A stretch of DNA of 64,000 bases from Flavobacteriaceae bacterium (GTDB lineage: Bacteria; Bacteroidota; Bacteroidia; Flavobacteriales; Flavobacteriaceae). Below the pieces are notes generated by a model, which saw only the letters and a list, made by a program, of their open reading frames with translations, did not search any database and was not told the DNA's origin. The stretch is taken from positions 56,644-120,643 of the forward strand of contig JBMYLP010000004.1 of the NCBI GenBank assembly GCA_049596455.1, read 5' to 3'. Numbering within the stretch: the first letter of the stretch is position 1; each line of letters starts with the position of its first letter. The position numbers were made by a program, and so were the translations under genes. This document shows, in pieces, positions 19,735-29,018 of this stretch.

Positions 19735-20489
19735 TGTTTTTTTGCTTTTGATTGTAAATGACGGAGTTTAGCGTATTTCAATAGGGTATAATATGAAGAC
19801 ATCAAAGCGATTAAAAACCCATGATATCCATCTAAAAACCCAAGCTGAAAAACATATTTTTTTAAAAAATTAAATTTCATTGAGAACAGCATTTTCATCA
19901 AACTCACCCGCTTATTTCGTGAAAACATACGTTCTGCTGCGATATCCGTAAAATGATTTAATTTGGAAATGTGCCATTGCAAGGATGGAAATGAATAATG
20001 AAGTATGTCGCCTTTTAGATGCTTAAATTCTTGTGGTTTTGGCTGTAAAACCTCATGAACAGCACCTTGCCAACGTGCGTGTTCTTTTTGCCACAATCTA
20101 ATTTTTGTGTCGGGATACCAACCTGAATAACGGATCCACTTACCCAAATAATTTGTTTGTCTATTCACAGAATAAAATAAGCTATCAGAATTCGATTTAA
20201 CTGCCAAAATAGATTGCTTAAGTTTTTCAGACACCTCTTCGTCAGCATCAATCGAAAAAACCAATGCGTGCTTCGCCTTTGATAAAGCAATATTTTTTTG
20301 GGAGGCAAAATCTTTAAACTTATTTTGAACAAAAACAACATGGTAGCGCTTACAAATAGCAGGAGTTTGATCGGTTGAAAAGTCGTCTACTACAATAATC
20401 TCGTCAGAAAAGTCTACTACAGACAGCAAACACCTTTCAATATTTGTTTCCTCATTTTTAGTTATAATAACCGTACTAATTTTATGCAT
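19731..20489 (-). CDS. glycosyltransferase family 2 (WaaE/KdtX-like LPS-core type)
   Basis: Contains ISTVIITKNEETNIERCL, DDFSTDQT and DADEE. I take the ATG at 20489 as the start. The 359-aa track ORF is an N-terminal overextension running antisense into the divergent gene. Confidence 0.8.
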   Translation of the reverse strand: MHKISTVIITKNEETNIERCLLSVVDFSDEIIVVDDFSTDQTPAICKRYHVVFVQNKFKDFASQKNIALSKAKHALVFSIDADEEVSEKLKQSILAVKSNSDSLFYSVNRQTNYLGKWIRYSGWYPDTKIRLWQKEHARWQGAVHEVLQPKPQEFKHLKGDILHYSFPSLQWHISKLNHFTDIAAERMFSRNKRVSLMKMLFSMKFNFLKKYVFQLGFLDGYHGFLIALMSSYYTLLKYAKLRHLQSKAKKQ

Positions 20490-20558
20490 TAAAAAACGAA
20501 TAAGACATTTGCTAAGATAGGCTTTAATTAAAATCATCACAATCTGAACTAATTGGAT

Positions 20559-20566
20559 TAATTTTG
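20559..20566 (+). promoter_or_regulatory. -7 box TAATTTTG, 4 nt upstream of the GT4 ATG
   Basis: Exact TAnnTTTG match. Confidence 0.45.
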
Positions 20567-20570
20567 CTTT

Positions 20571-21677
20571 ATGCGTATAGGGTACGATGCCAAACGAATT
20601 TTTCATAACGCCAGTGGGTTGGGGAATTACAGCCGTGATTTGGTTCGCATTTTGGCTACCTATTATCCAAAAAACAGCTACCACCTCTACAACCCAAAAA
20701 AGGGGAAACTCAAACGCTGGAAAGCATTGCCTAACACCACAGAACACCAACCAAGAGGAATTTGGCGTGGGCTTCATGCGCTTTGGCGTCAAGGGCCGAT
20801 AGTGCGGCAATTAAAACAGGATAGCATTGATGTGTATCATGGGCTTAGTGGAGAACTACCCAAAGGGCTTGATATGCCATCTGTAGTTTCTGTACACGAC
20901 CTTATTTTTTATCGATACCCTGAACTGTATAAATCAATTGATGTAACAATCCATAAGAAAAAGGTAAATCATGCCTTAAAAACAGCTTCCAAAGTGGTCG
21001 CCATAAGCGAGCAAACAAAAGCAGACCTGATACAGTTTACAGGTATTTCGTCTGAAAAAATTGAGGTGATTTATCAGGGCTGTCACCCTGTTTTTAAAAC
21101 AACACTTTCCAAAAAACGCCTTACTGAAATTGCAAAAAAATATCAACTGCCTAAAAAATTTGTGTTGTATGTAGGTACACTTGAAGAGCGAAAAAATGCG
21201 ATGTCTATTGCAAAGGCTTTGAAAGAAACTAAACACAACATGGTATTTGTTGGAAAAGTAAAAGCGCACGGCGAAAAATTAAAATCCTTTGTAAAAGAAC
21301 GTAATATACAAGAACGTGTGCTGTTTATTAATCACATTGGTATTGAAGACTTGGCAGGAATTTATCAAAATGCTACCGTGTTTTGCTATCCTTCCTTTTT
21401 TGAGGGGTTTGGCATTCCTATCATTGAAGCCTTATACAGCAGTGTTCCCGTTATCACGACTGAGGGCGGATGTTTCTCGGAGGCAGGTGGCCCATCAAGC
21501 ATTTACATTAATCCAACAGATGAAAAAGCTCTGCGAAAAGCCGTTGAAACCTTGTATTCTGAGCCTGATGAATTAAGAAAAAAGCGGATTTCAGATGGGC
21601 TTGATTATGTACAAAAGTTTAATGACAAATCCTTAGCTAAACAATGGCACTCACTTTATAAATCGCTATTGTTATGA
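20571..21677 (+). CDS. glycosyltransferase family 4 (GT-B, Glycos_transf_1)
   Basis: Contains YVGTLEERKN and PSFFEGFGIPIIEA. Confidence 0.85.
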   Translation: MRIGYDAKRIFHNASGLGNYSRDLVRILATYYPKNSYHLYNPKKGKLKRWKALPNTTEHQPRGIWRGLHALWRQGPIVRQLKQDSIDVYHGLSGELPKGLDMPSVVSVHDLIFYRYPELYKSIDVTIHKKKVNHALKTASKVVAISEQTKADLIQFTGISSEKIEVIYQGCHPVFKTTLSKKRLTEIAKKYQLPKKFVLYVGTLEERKNAMSIAKALKETKHNMVFVGKVKAHGEKLKSFVKERNIQERVLFINHIGIEDLAGIYQNATVFCYPSFFEGFGIPIIEALYSSVPVITTEGGCFSEAGGPSSIYINPTDEKALRKAVETLYSEPDELRKKRISDGLDYVQKFNDKSLAKQWHSLYKSLLL

Positions 21678-23509
21678 GTAAAACCATCTGTTTTTTTAAT
21701 ACGGCAATTCCTTGGGGTGGCGGCGAAAAATGGCATTTTGAAATAGCAAAACACCTTCACGAATCTGGGTACTCAGTTTGGATTTATTGCCATAAAAAAA
21801 GTGCTCTTTCAGAAAAGGCAAAAAAGCACAATATCCCCCACAAAACCATCAGCAACAGCAACACCAGTTTTTTAAATCCACTTAAACTATTGTATTTTGC
21901 TAGAATGCTCAAAAAGCATCGAATTTCCACCTTAGTACTAAATCTTTCTCAAGATGTTAAATCGGGTGGAATTGCTGGAAAACTTGCTGGTGTTAAACGC
22001 ATTATTTATCGTAGAGGAAGTGCTATTCCTGTGCGGAATTCACCGCTCAATCGGTATTTATATAAAAGTATAATTGATGAAATTCTTGTCAATTCAAAGG
22101 CTACCATGCATTGTATTTTGGAAAATAACTCGACACTTTTCCCCAAAGAGTACATTACTGTAATTCCAAACGGAATTGATGGAAAAGACTTCATTAAAAA
22201 GAAATCCAAACCCTATTACAAACGAAAATCATCGGAGCTTATTTTGACAAACCTCGGGCGGCTAGAAGAACAAAAAAATCAACTTTTTTTGATAGATGTT
22301 GCCAACGAGCTTCGAACACGCGGAATCAATTTTCATATGATTATTGGTGGAAGCGGCAGGCTTAAAGATTCTATTGAAGCAAAAATTAGTACACATAAGC
22401 TTGAACCTTATGTTCAACTTGTTGGGTTTGTTGAAAATCCAAAGGATTTGTATATGAGTGGCGACATCTTTCTGTTGCCCTCACTATGGGAAGGTTTTGG
22501 ATATGTTATTGCCGAAGCTGGACTGTGTCAAAAACCTACAATTGCTTTTGATATAAGTTCAAATCCAGAAGTTATTGCGCAAGACAAATCTGGTGTTATG
22601 GTTCCCAAAAACGAAGTTGGCACATTTTGTGACGCTATTATTGCCTTTGATAAAAGCAGAGAAAATATTACCAACATGGGGGCTTTTGCGCAAAAACATG
22701 TTTTGGAGTCATTTGACAAATCAACCATTCATAAAAAATTGGCAGCTTTCCTTACAAAAAATAGCATTCCAAAAATCACAGCATTAATTACCACTTTTAA
22801 CGAAGAAAAAAACATTGAAAAATGCATAAAATCCATTGAATGGGCAGATGAAATTTTAGTGATTGACTCCTTCAGCACAGACAATACTATTGCTATTTGT
22901 GAAAGCTTAGGGGCGACAGTCTTACAGCACAAGTACAACTACGCTGCAGATCAAAAAAATTGGGCTATTCCTCAAGCAAAGTATCCCTGGATTGTGCTGC
23001 TTGATGCAGATGAAGAAGCCTCGCCAAATTTGGCTTCAGAGTTAAAAAACCTATTGTACACTAGACCCAAACACACTGCCTATTGGATGTGGAGAGAAAA
23101 CTATTTCTTAGGAAAAAAAGTGAGGTTTTGTGGTTGGCAAAACGATCGTGTAGTACGTTTTTTTCATCGAGATTTTCACAGGTATGAAAACAAAATGGTG
23201 CACGAAGAAATTGAACAGACCAAACCTTTTGGAAGATTAAAAAGTAAAATCATTCATTACACTACAACAGATTTAGAGCGGTATGCCAAAAAAATAGACC
23301 GTTACGCGAACTATGCTGCACAAGCGTATATAAAGCAAAACAAAAGAATTGGGTCTTTTAATTTGTACATAAAACCTGCGTTTAAGTTTTTGAACAGCTA
23401 TATTTTTCGGGGAGGATTTTTGGATGGAAAAACTGGATGGATAATTTGCAAACTGAGAACTAGGGAAACTTGGCTTAAGGCTAAAATTGCTTCAGAACAT
23501 AAAAAATGA
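21674..23509 (+). CDS. fused two-domain glycosyltransferase: N-terminal GT4 plus C-terminal GT2 (WaaE-like)
   Basis: The N-terminal part has GRLEEQKN...PSLWEGFGYVIAEA. The C-terminal part has ITALITTFNEEKNIEKCI...DSFSTDNT...DADEE and is paralogous to the 19731-20489 product. ATGA overlap with the upstream gene. Confidence 0.85.
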   Translation: MSKTICFFNTAIPWGGGEKWHFEIAKHLHESGYSVWIYCHKKSALSEKAKKHNIPHKTISNSNTSFLNPLKLLYFARMLKKHRISTLVLNLSQDVKSGGIAGKLAGVKRIIYRRGSAIPVRNSPLNRYLYKSIIDEILVNSKATMHCILENNSTLFPKEYITVIPNGIDGKDFIKKKSKPYYKRKSSELILTNLGRLEEQKNQLFLIDVANELRTRGINFHMIIGGSGRLKDSIEAKISTHKLEPYVQLVGFVENPKDLYMSGDIFLLPSLWEGFGYVIAEAGLCQKPTIAFDISSNPEVIAQDKSGVMVPKNEVGTFCDAIIAFDKSRENITNMGAFAQKHVLESFDKSTIHKKLAAFLTKNSIPKITALITTFNEEKNIEKCIKSIEWADEILVIDSFSTDNTIAICESLGATVLQHKYNYAADQKNWAIPQAKYPWIVLLDADEEASPNLASELKNLLYTRPKHTAYWMWRENYFLGKKVRFCGWQNDRVVRFFHRDFHRYENKMVHEEIEQTKPFGRLKSKIIHYTTTDLERYAKKIDRYANYAAQAYIKQNKRIGSFNLYIKPAFKFLNSYIFRGGFLDGKTGWIICKLRTRETWLKAKIASEHKK

Positions 23510-24060
23510 TAACTGAAATCAAAAAATATACAAAAGCTCTTCACGCAGGAAAAACACTCCTATACCCTGCCGACACCATATGGGGATTAGGTTGTGATGC
23601 TACAAATCAAGAAGCAGTGGATGCTATTTTTAATCTAAAAAACCGCCCAAAAAACAAGCCACTTATTGCGCTTGTTGCTAATATCGATATGCTAGCGCAG
23701 TATGTAGACACGGTTCCTGAAAACATCGAAGAATTGCTTCAAAATGACCGACCCACCACCCTCGTCTATCCATATGGGAAGGGGCTTGCAAAAGGCGTCA
23801 TTAGCGAAAATGGCAGCGTTGCCATCAGAATTCCGAAGCCCTGCTTTGCTCTTGATTTGATTACTGCTTTTGGAAAACCCATAGTAAGTACTTCCGCAAA
23901 TCTAAGTGGGGAACCCATTCCTGCAACATATCGCGAAATTGACCCATATATTTTGGCGCAAGTGGACGAAACAGTACCTTTGGATAAAGATAAAGTAGCG
24001 CGTGTTCCCTCTCAGGTTTTGCAAGTAATGCCCGACGGAGGCGTGCAACAATTGCGATGA
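23506..24060 (+). CDS. tsaC: L-threonylcarbamoyladenylate synthase (YrdC/TsaC family)
   Basis: Has a YrdC domain with PADTIWGLGCDATN and TSANLSGEP. Confidence 0.85.
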   Translation: MITEIKKYTKALHAGKTLLYPADTIWGLGCDATNQEAVDAIFNLKNRPKNKPLIALVANIDMLAQYVDTVPENIEELLQNDRPTTLVYPYGKGLAKGVISENGSVAIRIPKPCFALDLITAFGKPIVSTSANLSGEPIPATYREIDPYILAQVDETVPLDKDKVARVPSQVLQVMPDGGVQQLR

Positions 24061-25487
24061 AAACCAACAAACAGCACATCGAAAAGGCGCTTGAATTGCC
24101 TGCATTTGCTTACATCCAAAAAGCCGCAGATGCTTTGGGTGTGGAAGCCTATGTGATTGGCGGATTTGTCCGTGATACACTTTTGGAAAGAGAAACGGGT
24201 ACTGACATCGATATTGTTGCCGTGGGAAGCGGTATTGCACTTGCCAAAAAAGTAGCCGAATTACTTCCCGGTAAAAATCAAATTCAGGTATTTAAAACCT
24301 ATGGCACCGCCATGATTAAATTTGGAGATATTCAGCTTGAATTTGTTGGCGCACGAAAAGAAAGTTATTCGGCGGATAGTCGTAACCCTGTTGTTGAAAA
24401 TGGCACTTTAGCGGACGACCAAAACCGCCGTGATTTTACCATCAACGCCTTGGCACTTTGTTTAAATACGGAAAAATTTGGGGTACTACTGGACTCCTTT
24501 AATGGCATTCAAGATTTAAACGATGGTATCATACGCACCCCTTTAGACCCAGACATCACCTATTCCGATGATCCGTTACGGATGTTACGTGCCATTCGAT
24601 TTGCAAACCAATTAGACTTTACCATTACGCAAAAATCATTTGACTCCATTGCAAATAACAGCAAACGGATTGATATACTCTCTAAAGAGCGCATCGTTGA
24701 GGAATTGAATAAGATATTGGCTTGCCCAAAGCCTTCTAAAGGATTTTTATTGCTGGATAAATCAAAACTCTTAAAGCGCATTCTCCCCGAACTTATTGCC
24801 CTAAAAGGCATTGACGAGGTTGAGGGGCAACGCCACAAAGACAATTTTTATCATACCCTTGAAGTTGTAGACAATATCAGCGAATATTCTGAAAATGTTT
24901 GGTTACGCTGGGCAGCATTGTTACACGATATTGGCAAAGCACCCACTAAAAAATTTGATAAAAAAGTGGGATGGACATTTCACGCACACGAATTCGTTGG
25001 TGCCAAAATGGTATATAAGCTCTTTAAGCGGTTACGCTTGCCGTTAAATGAGAAAATGAAATATGTGCAAAAGCTCGTTTATATGAGTTCAAGACCCATT
25101 GTAATTGCGCAAGAAGAAGTCACCGATTCTGCGGTAAGACGACTTATTTTTGATGCTGGCGACCTACTAGACGATTTACTTTTACTATGTAAAGCAGACA
25201 TTACCACCAAAAACCCTAAGCGTTTTGCCCGCTATCATAAAAACTTTGAAATCGTAAAAGAAAAAGTAATCGAAGTCGAAGCTAGAGACCACATCCGAAA
25301 CTTTCAACCGCCTGTTTCAGGAGAGGAAATCATGCGTATTTTTGCACTAAAACCGTGCCGTCAAGTGGGAGAAATCAAAGATGCTATCAAAGAAGCTATT
25401 TTGGAAGGTGATATTCCAAACGAATACGATGCCGCACATGCATTTATGTTAACCAAAGCAAAATCTATGGGTTTGTCACCCGCCTAG
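24057..25487 (+). CDS. CCA-adding tRNA nucleotidyltransferase / poly(A) polymerase family protein with HD domain
   Basis: Contains VIGGFVRDTLL...DIDIV, RRDFTINA and HDIGK. Confidence 0.85.
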   Translation: MKTNKQHIEKALELPAFAYIQKAADALGVEAYVIGGFVRDTLLERETGTDIDIVAVGSGIALAKKVAELLPGKNQIQVFKTYGTAMIKFGDIQLEFVGARKESYSADSRNPVVENGTLADDQNRRDFTINALALCLNTEKFGVLLDSFNGIQDLNDGIIRTPLDPDITYSDDPLRMLRAIRFANQLDFTITQKSFDSIANNSKRIDILSKERIVEELNKILACPKPSKGFLLLDKSKLLKRILPELIALKGIDEVEGQRHKDNFYHTLEVVDNISEYSENVWLRWAALLHDIGKAPTKKFDKKVGWTFHAHEFVGAKMVYKLFKRLRLPLNEKMKYVQKLVYMSSRPIVIAQEEVTDSAVRRLIFDAGDLLDDLLLLCKADITTKNPKRFARYHKNFEIVKEKVIEVEARDHIRNFQPPVSGEEIMRIFALKPCRQVGEIKDAIKEAILEGDIPNEYDAAHAFMLTKAKSMGLSPA

Positions 25488-25489
25488 TT

Positions 25490-26521
25490 ATGTACAAAAA
25501 CCTTCAACGCTGGACACGCATTTCACTCATTGTAGTGTATCTTGTTATTGCTGCTGGTGCCACAGTGCGCATGACCGGTAGTGGTATGGGTTGCCCAGAT
25601 TGGCCCAAGTGTTTTGGCTATTACATTCCACCTACGCAAGCCGAACAATTGGCATGGAAACCGAATACAAAATTTAAAAAAGGCAATGTGATTATAGACA
25701 AGGAACGTCTTTTGGTTGCCTCAAAAACCTTTACCTCTTCAGAAAGCTTTGACGCATCGCTCTGGGAACCATATACCAAACACGATTATGCGCTATTTAA
25801 CGCCACACACACGTGGATAGAGTTTATCAACCGATTGCTGGGTGCACTCTCTGGTTTGGCAATTCTCATCCTTTTTGGATATAGTGTAAAGTGGTGGCGA
25901 AAAAAACCTATCATTTTCATTTTTGCTTTGCTCTCGCTTTTGGGGATTTTATTTCAAGCATGGCTTGGAAAAACTGTTGTAGATTCTAATTTGTTGCCGC
26001 TAAAAATTTCGTTACACATGCTAATGGCATTGTTACTTATTGGTTTTTTGTTAGTGGTACGCGTAGCTTCAAAGTCCTTTGGGTTAAGCAAGCTTCCGTC
26101 GCGAAAAATCCGTGTCTTGCTCTACGGAACTTTCGCACTCACATTGGTTCAAATTATTTTAGGGATTCAAGTGCGGCAGTTTGTAGACATGCAAATTGAC
26201 AAATGGGGATACGATTTACCACAATTTTGGTTGGCTGTACCAGAACTCAATTTTTACCTGCACAGAAGTCTTTCGCTGTTAGTAATTGGCAGTAATGTGG
26301 TGCTTTATTTTTGGGTAGTAAAAGCACAGATTGAACGGATTTTCATTCAGCGCATTTTATGGCTAATAGGCGGAGAAGTAGCCCTTGGCATTGCCATGTA
26401 CTATTTCGACTTCCCCTTTGCTACACAACCCTTACATTTAATGTTAGCAACACTGTTGTTTGGCGTGCAATTATATTGGATTTTACGTATTAACTTACAT
26501 CGTTATGATTTATCACTTTAG
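25490..26521 (+). CDS. ctaA: COX15/CtaA-family heme A synthase
   Basis: Polytopic membrane protein with TGSGMGCPDWPKCFG near the N-terminus. Confidence 0.8.
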   Translation: MYKNLQRWTRISLIVVYLVIAAGATVRMTGSGMGCPDWPKCFGYYIPPTQAEQLAWKPNTKFKKGNVIIDKERLLVASKTFTSSESFDASLWEPYTKHDYALFNATHTWIEFINRLLGALSGLAILILFGYSVKWWRKKPIIFIFALLSLLGILFQAWLGKTVVDSNLLPLKISLHMLMALLLIGFLLVVRVASKSFGLSKLPSRKIRVLLYGTFALTLVQIILGIQVRQFVDMQIDKWGYDLPQFWLAVPELNFYLHRSLSLLVIGSNVVLYFWVVKAQIERIFIQRILWLIGGEVALGIAMYYFDFPFATQPLHLMLATLLFGVQLYWILRINLHRYDLSL

Positions 26522-26999
26522 ACTTATTTTAGACACCAAAGAGGATGTTTTCCGAGATATTGCATTGGAGGAAAATGCCACTTTTGAAGATTTTCATAAC
26601 GCCATTACACAGGCTTTTGGCTTTGGTGGTTCCGAAATGGCAGTTTTTTATGAGAGTGATGACGAATGGCAGCAAGGCGATTCCATTTCGTTGTTTGATA
26701 TGGGAGAAGATGACGCGCGGCGTATGAGCGACACCTTACTTCAAGACGTATTCCCAGAAGTTTCCAAAATGCTGTATGTCTATGATTTTTTAAACCTGTG
26801 GACATTCTTTGTTGAATTGATAGAAACCGATGAACCCAAACCAGGAAATTCCTATCCATTGCTTCTTTTTTCGCATGGCGAAGTGCCAGAGGAAGCACCC
26901 GAAAAAACCTTTGAAGCCGAAAAAGATTCGTGGAGTGAAAACGACTTTGACGAAAACGGTTTGGATGATTTTGAGGAACCCTCAGACGATTGGTACTAG
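26505..26999 (+). CDS. pRiA4b ORF-3-like family protein with acidic C-terminal tail
   Basis: Reads MIYHFRLILDTKEDVFRDIALEENATFEDFHNAITQAFGF...YVYDF. ATG at 26505 overlaps the ctaA 3' end by 17 nt. Confidence 0.6.
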   Translation: MIYHFRLILDTKEDVFRDIALEENATFEDFHNAITQAFGFGGSEMAVFYESDDEWQQGDSISLFDMGEDDARRMSDTLLQDVFPEVSKMLYVYDFLNLWTFFVELIETDEPKPGNSYPLLLFSHGEVPEEAPEKTFEAEKDSWSENDFDENGLDDFEEPSDDWY

Positions 27000-28060
27000 C
27001 CGTTTACTCGAAGCATTTCGTGGTTCTCGTAGTTACGCTTAACAAAGTGAAACGCCGCACGCACAATCTCCCCCATAGAACGACTTTTCAAAAACGAAGA
27101 TTGCTTAATTAAGTCATATACTTCTTTGCCTAACTGTTCCACTTTTTCAGGTGTAGAAATATGGTCGTTTAACATGCACTTCAACAGTTGTGTCAAACGT
27201 GTTTCATTACCCAAAATACGTCGAGCGATAGTAGCGCGCTCTTCAATTTTGTATTGATCAATGGAGGTTTTGGTCAAATGATTTTTTACCAAATCAACCA
27301 TGGGTAGATTTTCTTTAAAAAATTGCGGACGATATACTTTCAAACTCCCTTCGTAGGATTGTTGATCAAAATCAATCGCACGAATTTTATACACCACCTT
27401 ATCAAAATCATGAATAGGCACGATAACATAATTATAGGCACGCATATCTCCCAATAAGCGAATCATGCATCGCTCATTGAATTTTACAAACGATTTGGCA
27501 ATTTGACTGCGTTCAGCATTTGTGCACTTGGGCAGTAACTCTTTTATAAACTCATCACCCGGAATACCTGCAATATGCTCCTCAATAAGCGTATTTTGAT
27601 ACACCAAAAAATTTAAATTATGAGGTGAAAGCATATGCTCTAATTCCAGTCCATATATTCGTGAAGCATCTGCTTTTTTAACATAAAAATAGATGAAGTT
27701 ATCATTGAGCGTATTGCGAATTTTAACCCGAAAAGGTTTGGAGTTTCCAAACGTACAGTAGTCAATGCAGTCTACATTGAGGTACGGAATGGTCATGGAA
27801 CTTCCATCTGAATGTAGCAATGCGTAAACGCGTTTAAGCTGTTCATCGATTTCTTTTCTGTCACTATCGGAATAGTACACGCGCACCCAAAGGCTATCGT
27901 TATCGTGCTTATCCATTACCGCCACCGAACCTGAAAAACGCAGCAAATCATCGTAAAAAATAGGAATTTTCAACGACCGCGAATACTCCTCCAAATAATC
28001 CGCCAAAAACGGACTAATAGGATAGGTGGGCTTTTTTTTCGAAATTAGCTTATCGAGCAT
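26996..28060 (-). CDS. conserved hypothetical protein with protein-kinase-like motif pattern
   Basis: 354 aa. Contains YFYVKK, LIEEHIAG, LLGDMRAYNYVIV and IRAIDFDQ, arranged like the beta3-Lys, hinge, catalytic-loop D..N and DFG-like elements. TAACTTTG box lies 4 nt upstream. Confidence 0.55.
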   Translation of the reverse strand: MLDKLISKKKPTYPISPFLADYLEEYSRSLKIPIFYDDLLRFSGSVAVMDKHDNDSLWVRVYYSDSDRKEIDEQLKRVYALLHSDGSSMTIPYLNVDCIDYCTFGNSKPFRVKIRNTLNDNFIYFYVKKADASRIYGLELEHMLSPHNLNFLVYQNTLIEEHIAGIPGDEFIKELLPKCTNAERSQIAKSFVKFNERCMIRLLGDMRAYNYVIVPIHDFDKVVYKIRAIDFDQQSYEGSLKVYRPQFFKENLPMVDLVKNHLTKTSIDQYKIEERATIARRILGNETRLTQLLKCMLNDHISTPEKVEQLGKEVYDLIKQSSFLKSRSMGEIVRAAFHFVKRNYENHEMLRVNG

Positions 28061-28064
28061 GCCT

Positions 28065-28072
28065 CAAAGTTA
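28065..28072 (-). promoter_or_regulatory. -7 box TAACTTTG, 4 nt upstream of the ATG at 28060
   Basis: Exact TAnnTTTG match. Confidence 0.45.
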
Positions 28073-28115
28073 GGGCTTTGTGTAACAAAATACAGCAATG
28101 TGCGTTAATAGAGCA

Positions 28116-29018
28116 ATGAGCACCATTTTAACCGTATCTGATTTAACCAAAAAATTTGGTCCCCTTACCGCTGTAAATTCGCTTTCTTTTTCCATAAAAA
28201 AAGGAAATGTATATGGCATTCTTGGTCCTAACGGCAGTGGAAAATCCACCACACTTGGCATGATTCTCAATGTAGTAAACCCAAGTTCGGGAACATTTTC
28301 ATGGTTTGATGGGGCACAAAATACCCATCAGGCGCTAAAGCGCGTCGGGGCAATTATCGAGCGACCCAATTTTTATCCGTACATGAGTGCTGCGCAAAAC
28401 TTGCGATTGGTATGTCGGATTAAAGAAGTGCCGCTTTCTAAAATTGAAGAAAAATTAGAACTGGTTGATTTATTAGATCGAAAAAACGATACCTTTAAAA
28501 CCTATTCGTTAGGGATGAAACAGCGTTTGGCAATTGCCTCCGCCCTACTGAACGACCCCGAAATTCTAATTCTGGACGAACCCACAAACGGTTTAGACCC
28601 ACAAGGCATTGCGCAAGTGAGGGGTATAATCCAAAAAATTGCAGCACAAGGCACCACCATTCTATTGGCGTCGCACTTATTAGACGAGGTAGAAAAAGTG
28701 TGCTCACACGTGTTGGTGTTGCAAAAAGGAAAACGAATTTACTTTGGTAAAGTAACCGCACTTACCACCGATCATGGCTATTTTGAACTCAATGCAACAG
28801 ATTTAAATGCATTACAAAAAGTTCTTGAATCTCATCAGGATATTGAAAAAATTGAAGTCCAAAACACGATTATTTTAGCATATCCAAACAAGTCCATTTC
28901 GGCTACAGAACTTAGCAAATCGTTAAGTGAGCAAGGCATCATCATCACGCATTTTGCGCAAAAGCACAAAAGCCTTGAAGAGCAGTTTTTAAATCTAACC
29001 CAAAACCAACAGCCATGA
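28116..29018 (+). CDS. ABC transporter ATP-binding protein
   Basis: Has Walker A GPNGSGKST, signature YSLGMKQRL and Walker B ILILDEP. I prefer the start MSTILTVSDLTKKFG at 28116 over the ATG at 28098. Confidence 0.88.
   Translation: MSTILTVSDLTKKFGPLTAVNSLSFSIKKGNVYGILGPNGSGKSTTLGMILNVVNPSSGTFSWFDGAQNTHQALKRVGAIIERPNFYPYMSAAQNLRLVCRIKEVPLSKIEEKLELVDLLDRKNDTFKTYSLGMKQRLAIASALLNDPEILILDEPTNGLDPQGIAQVRGIIQKIAAQGTTILLASHLLDEVEKVCSHVLVLQKGKRIYFGKVTALTTDHGYFELNATDLNALQKVLESHQDIEKIEVQNTIILAYPNKSISATELSKSLSEQGIIITHFAQKHKSLEEQFLNLTQNQQP

Noticed and set aside
20490-20810. N-terminal 107 codons of the 359-aa track ORF 19731-20810.
   Set aside because: This stretch runs antisense across the divergent GT4 gene start. 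The GT2 domain begins right after the internal ATG at 20489 (MHKISTVIITKNEE). It is an overextension caused by the absence of a stop codon.
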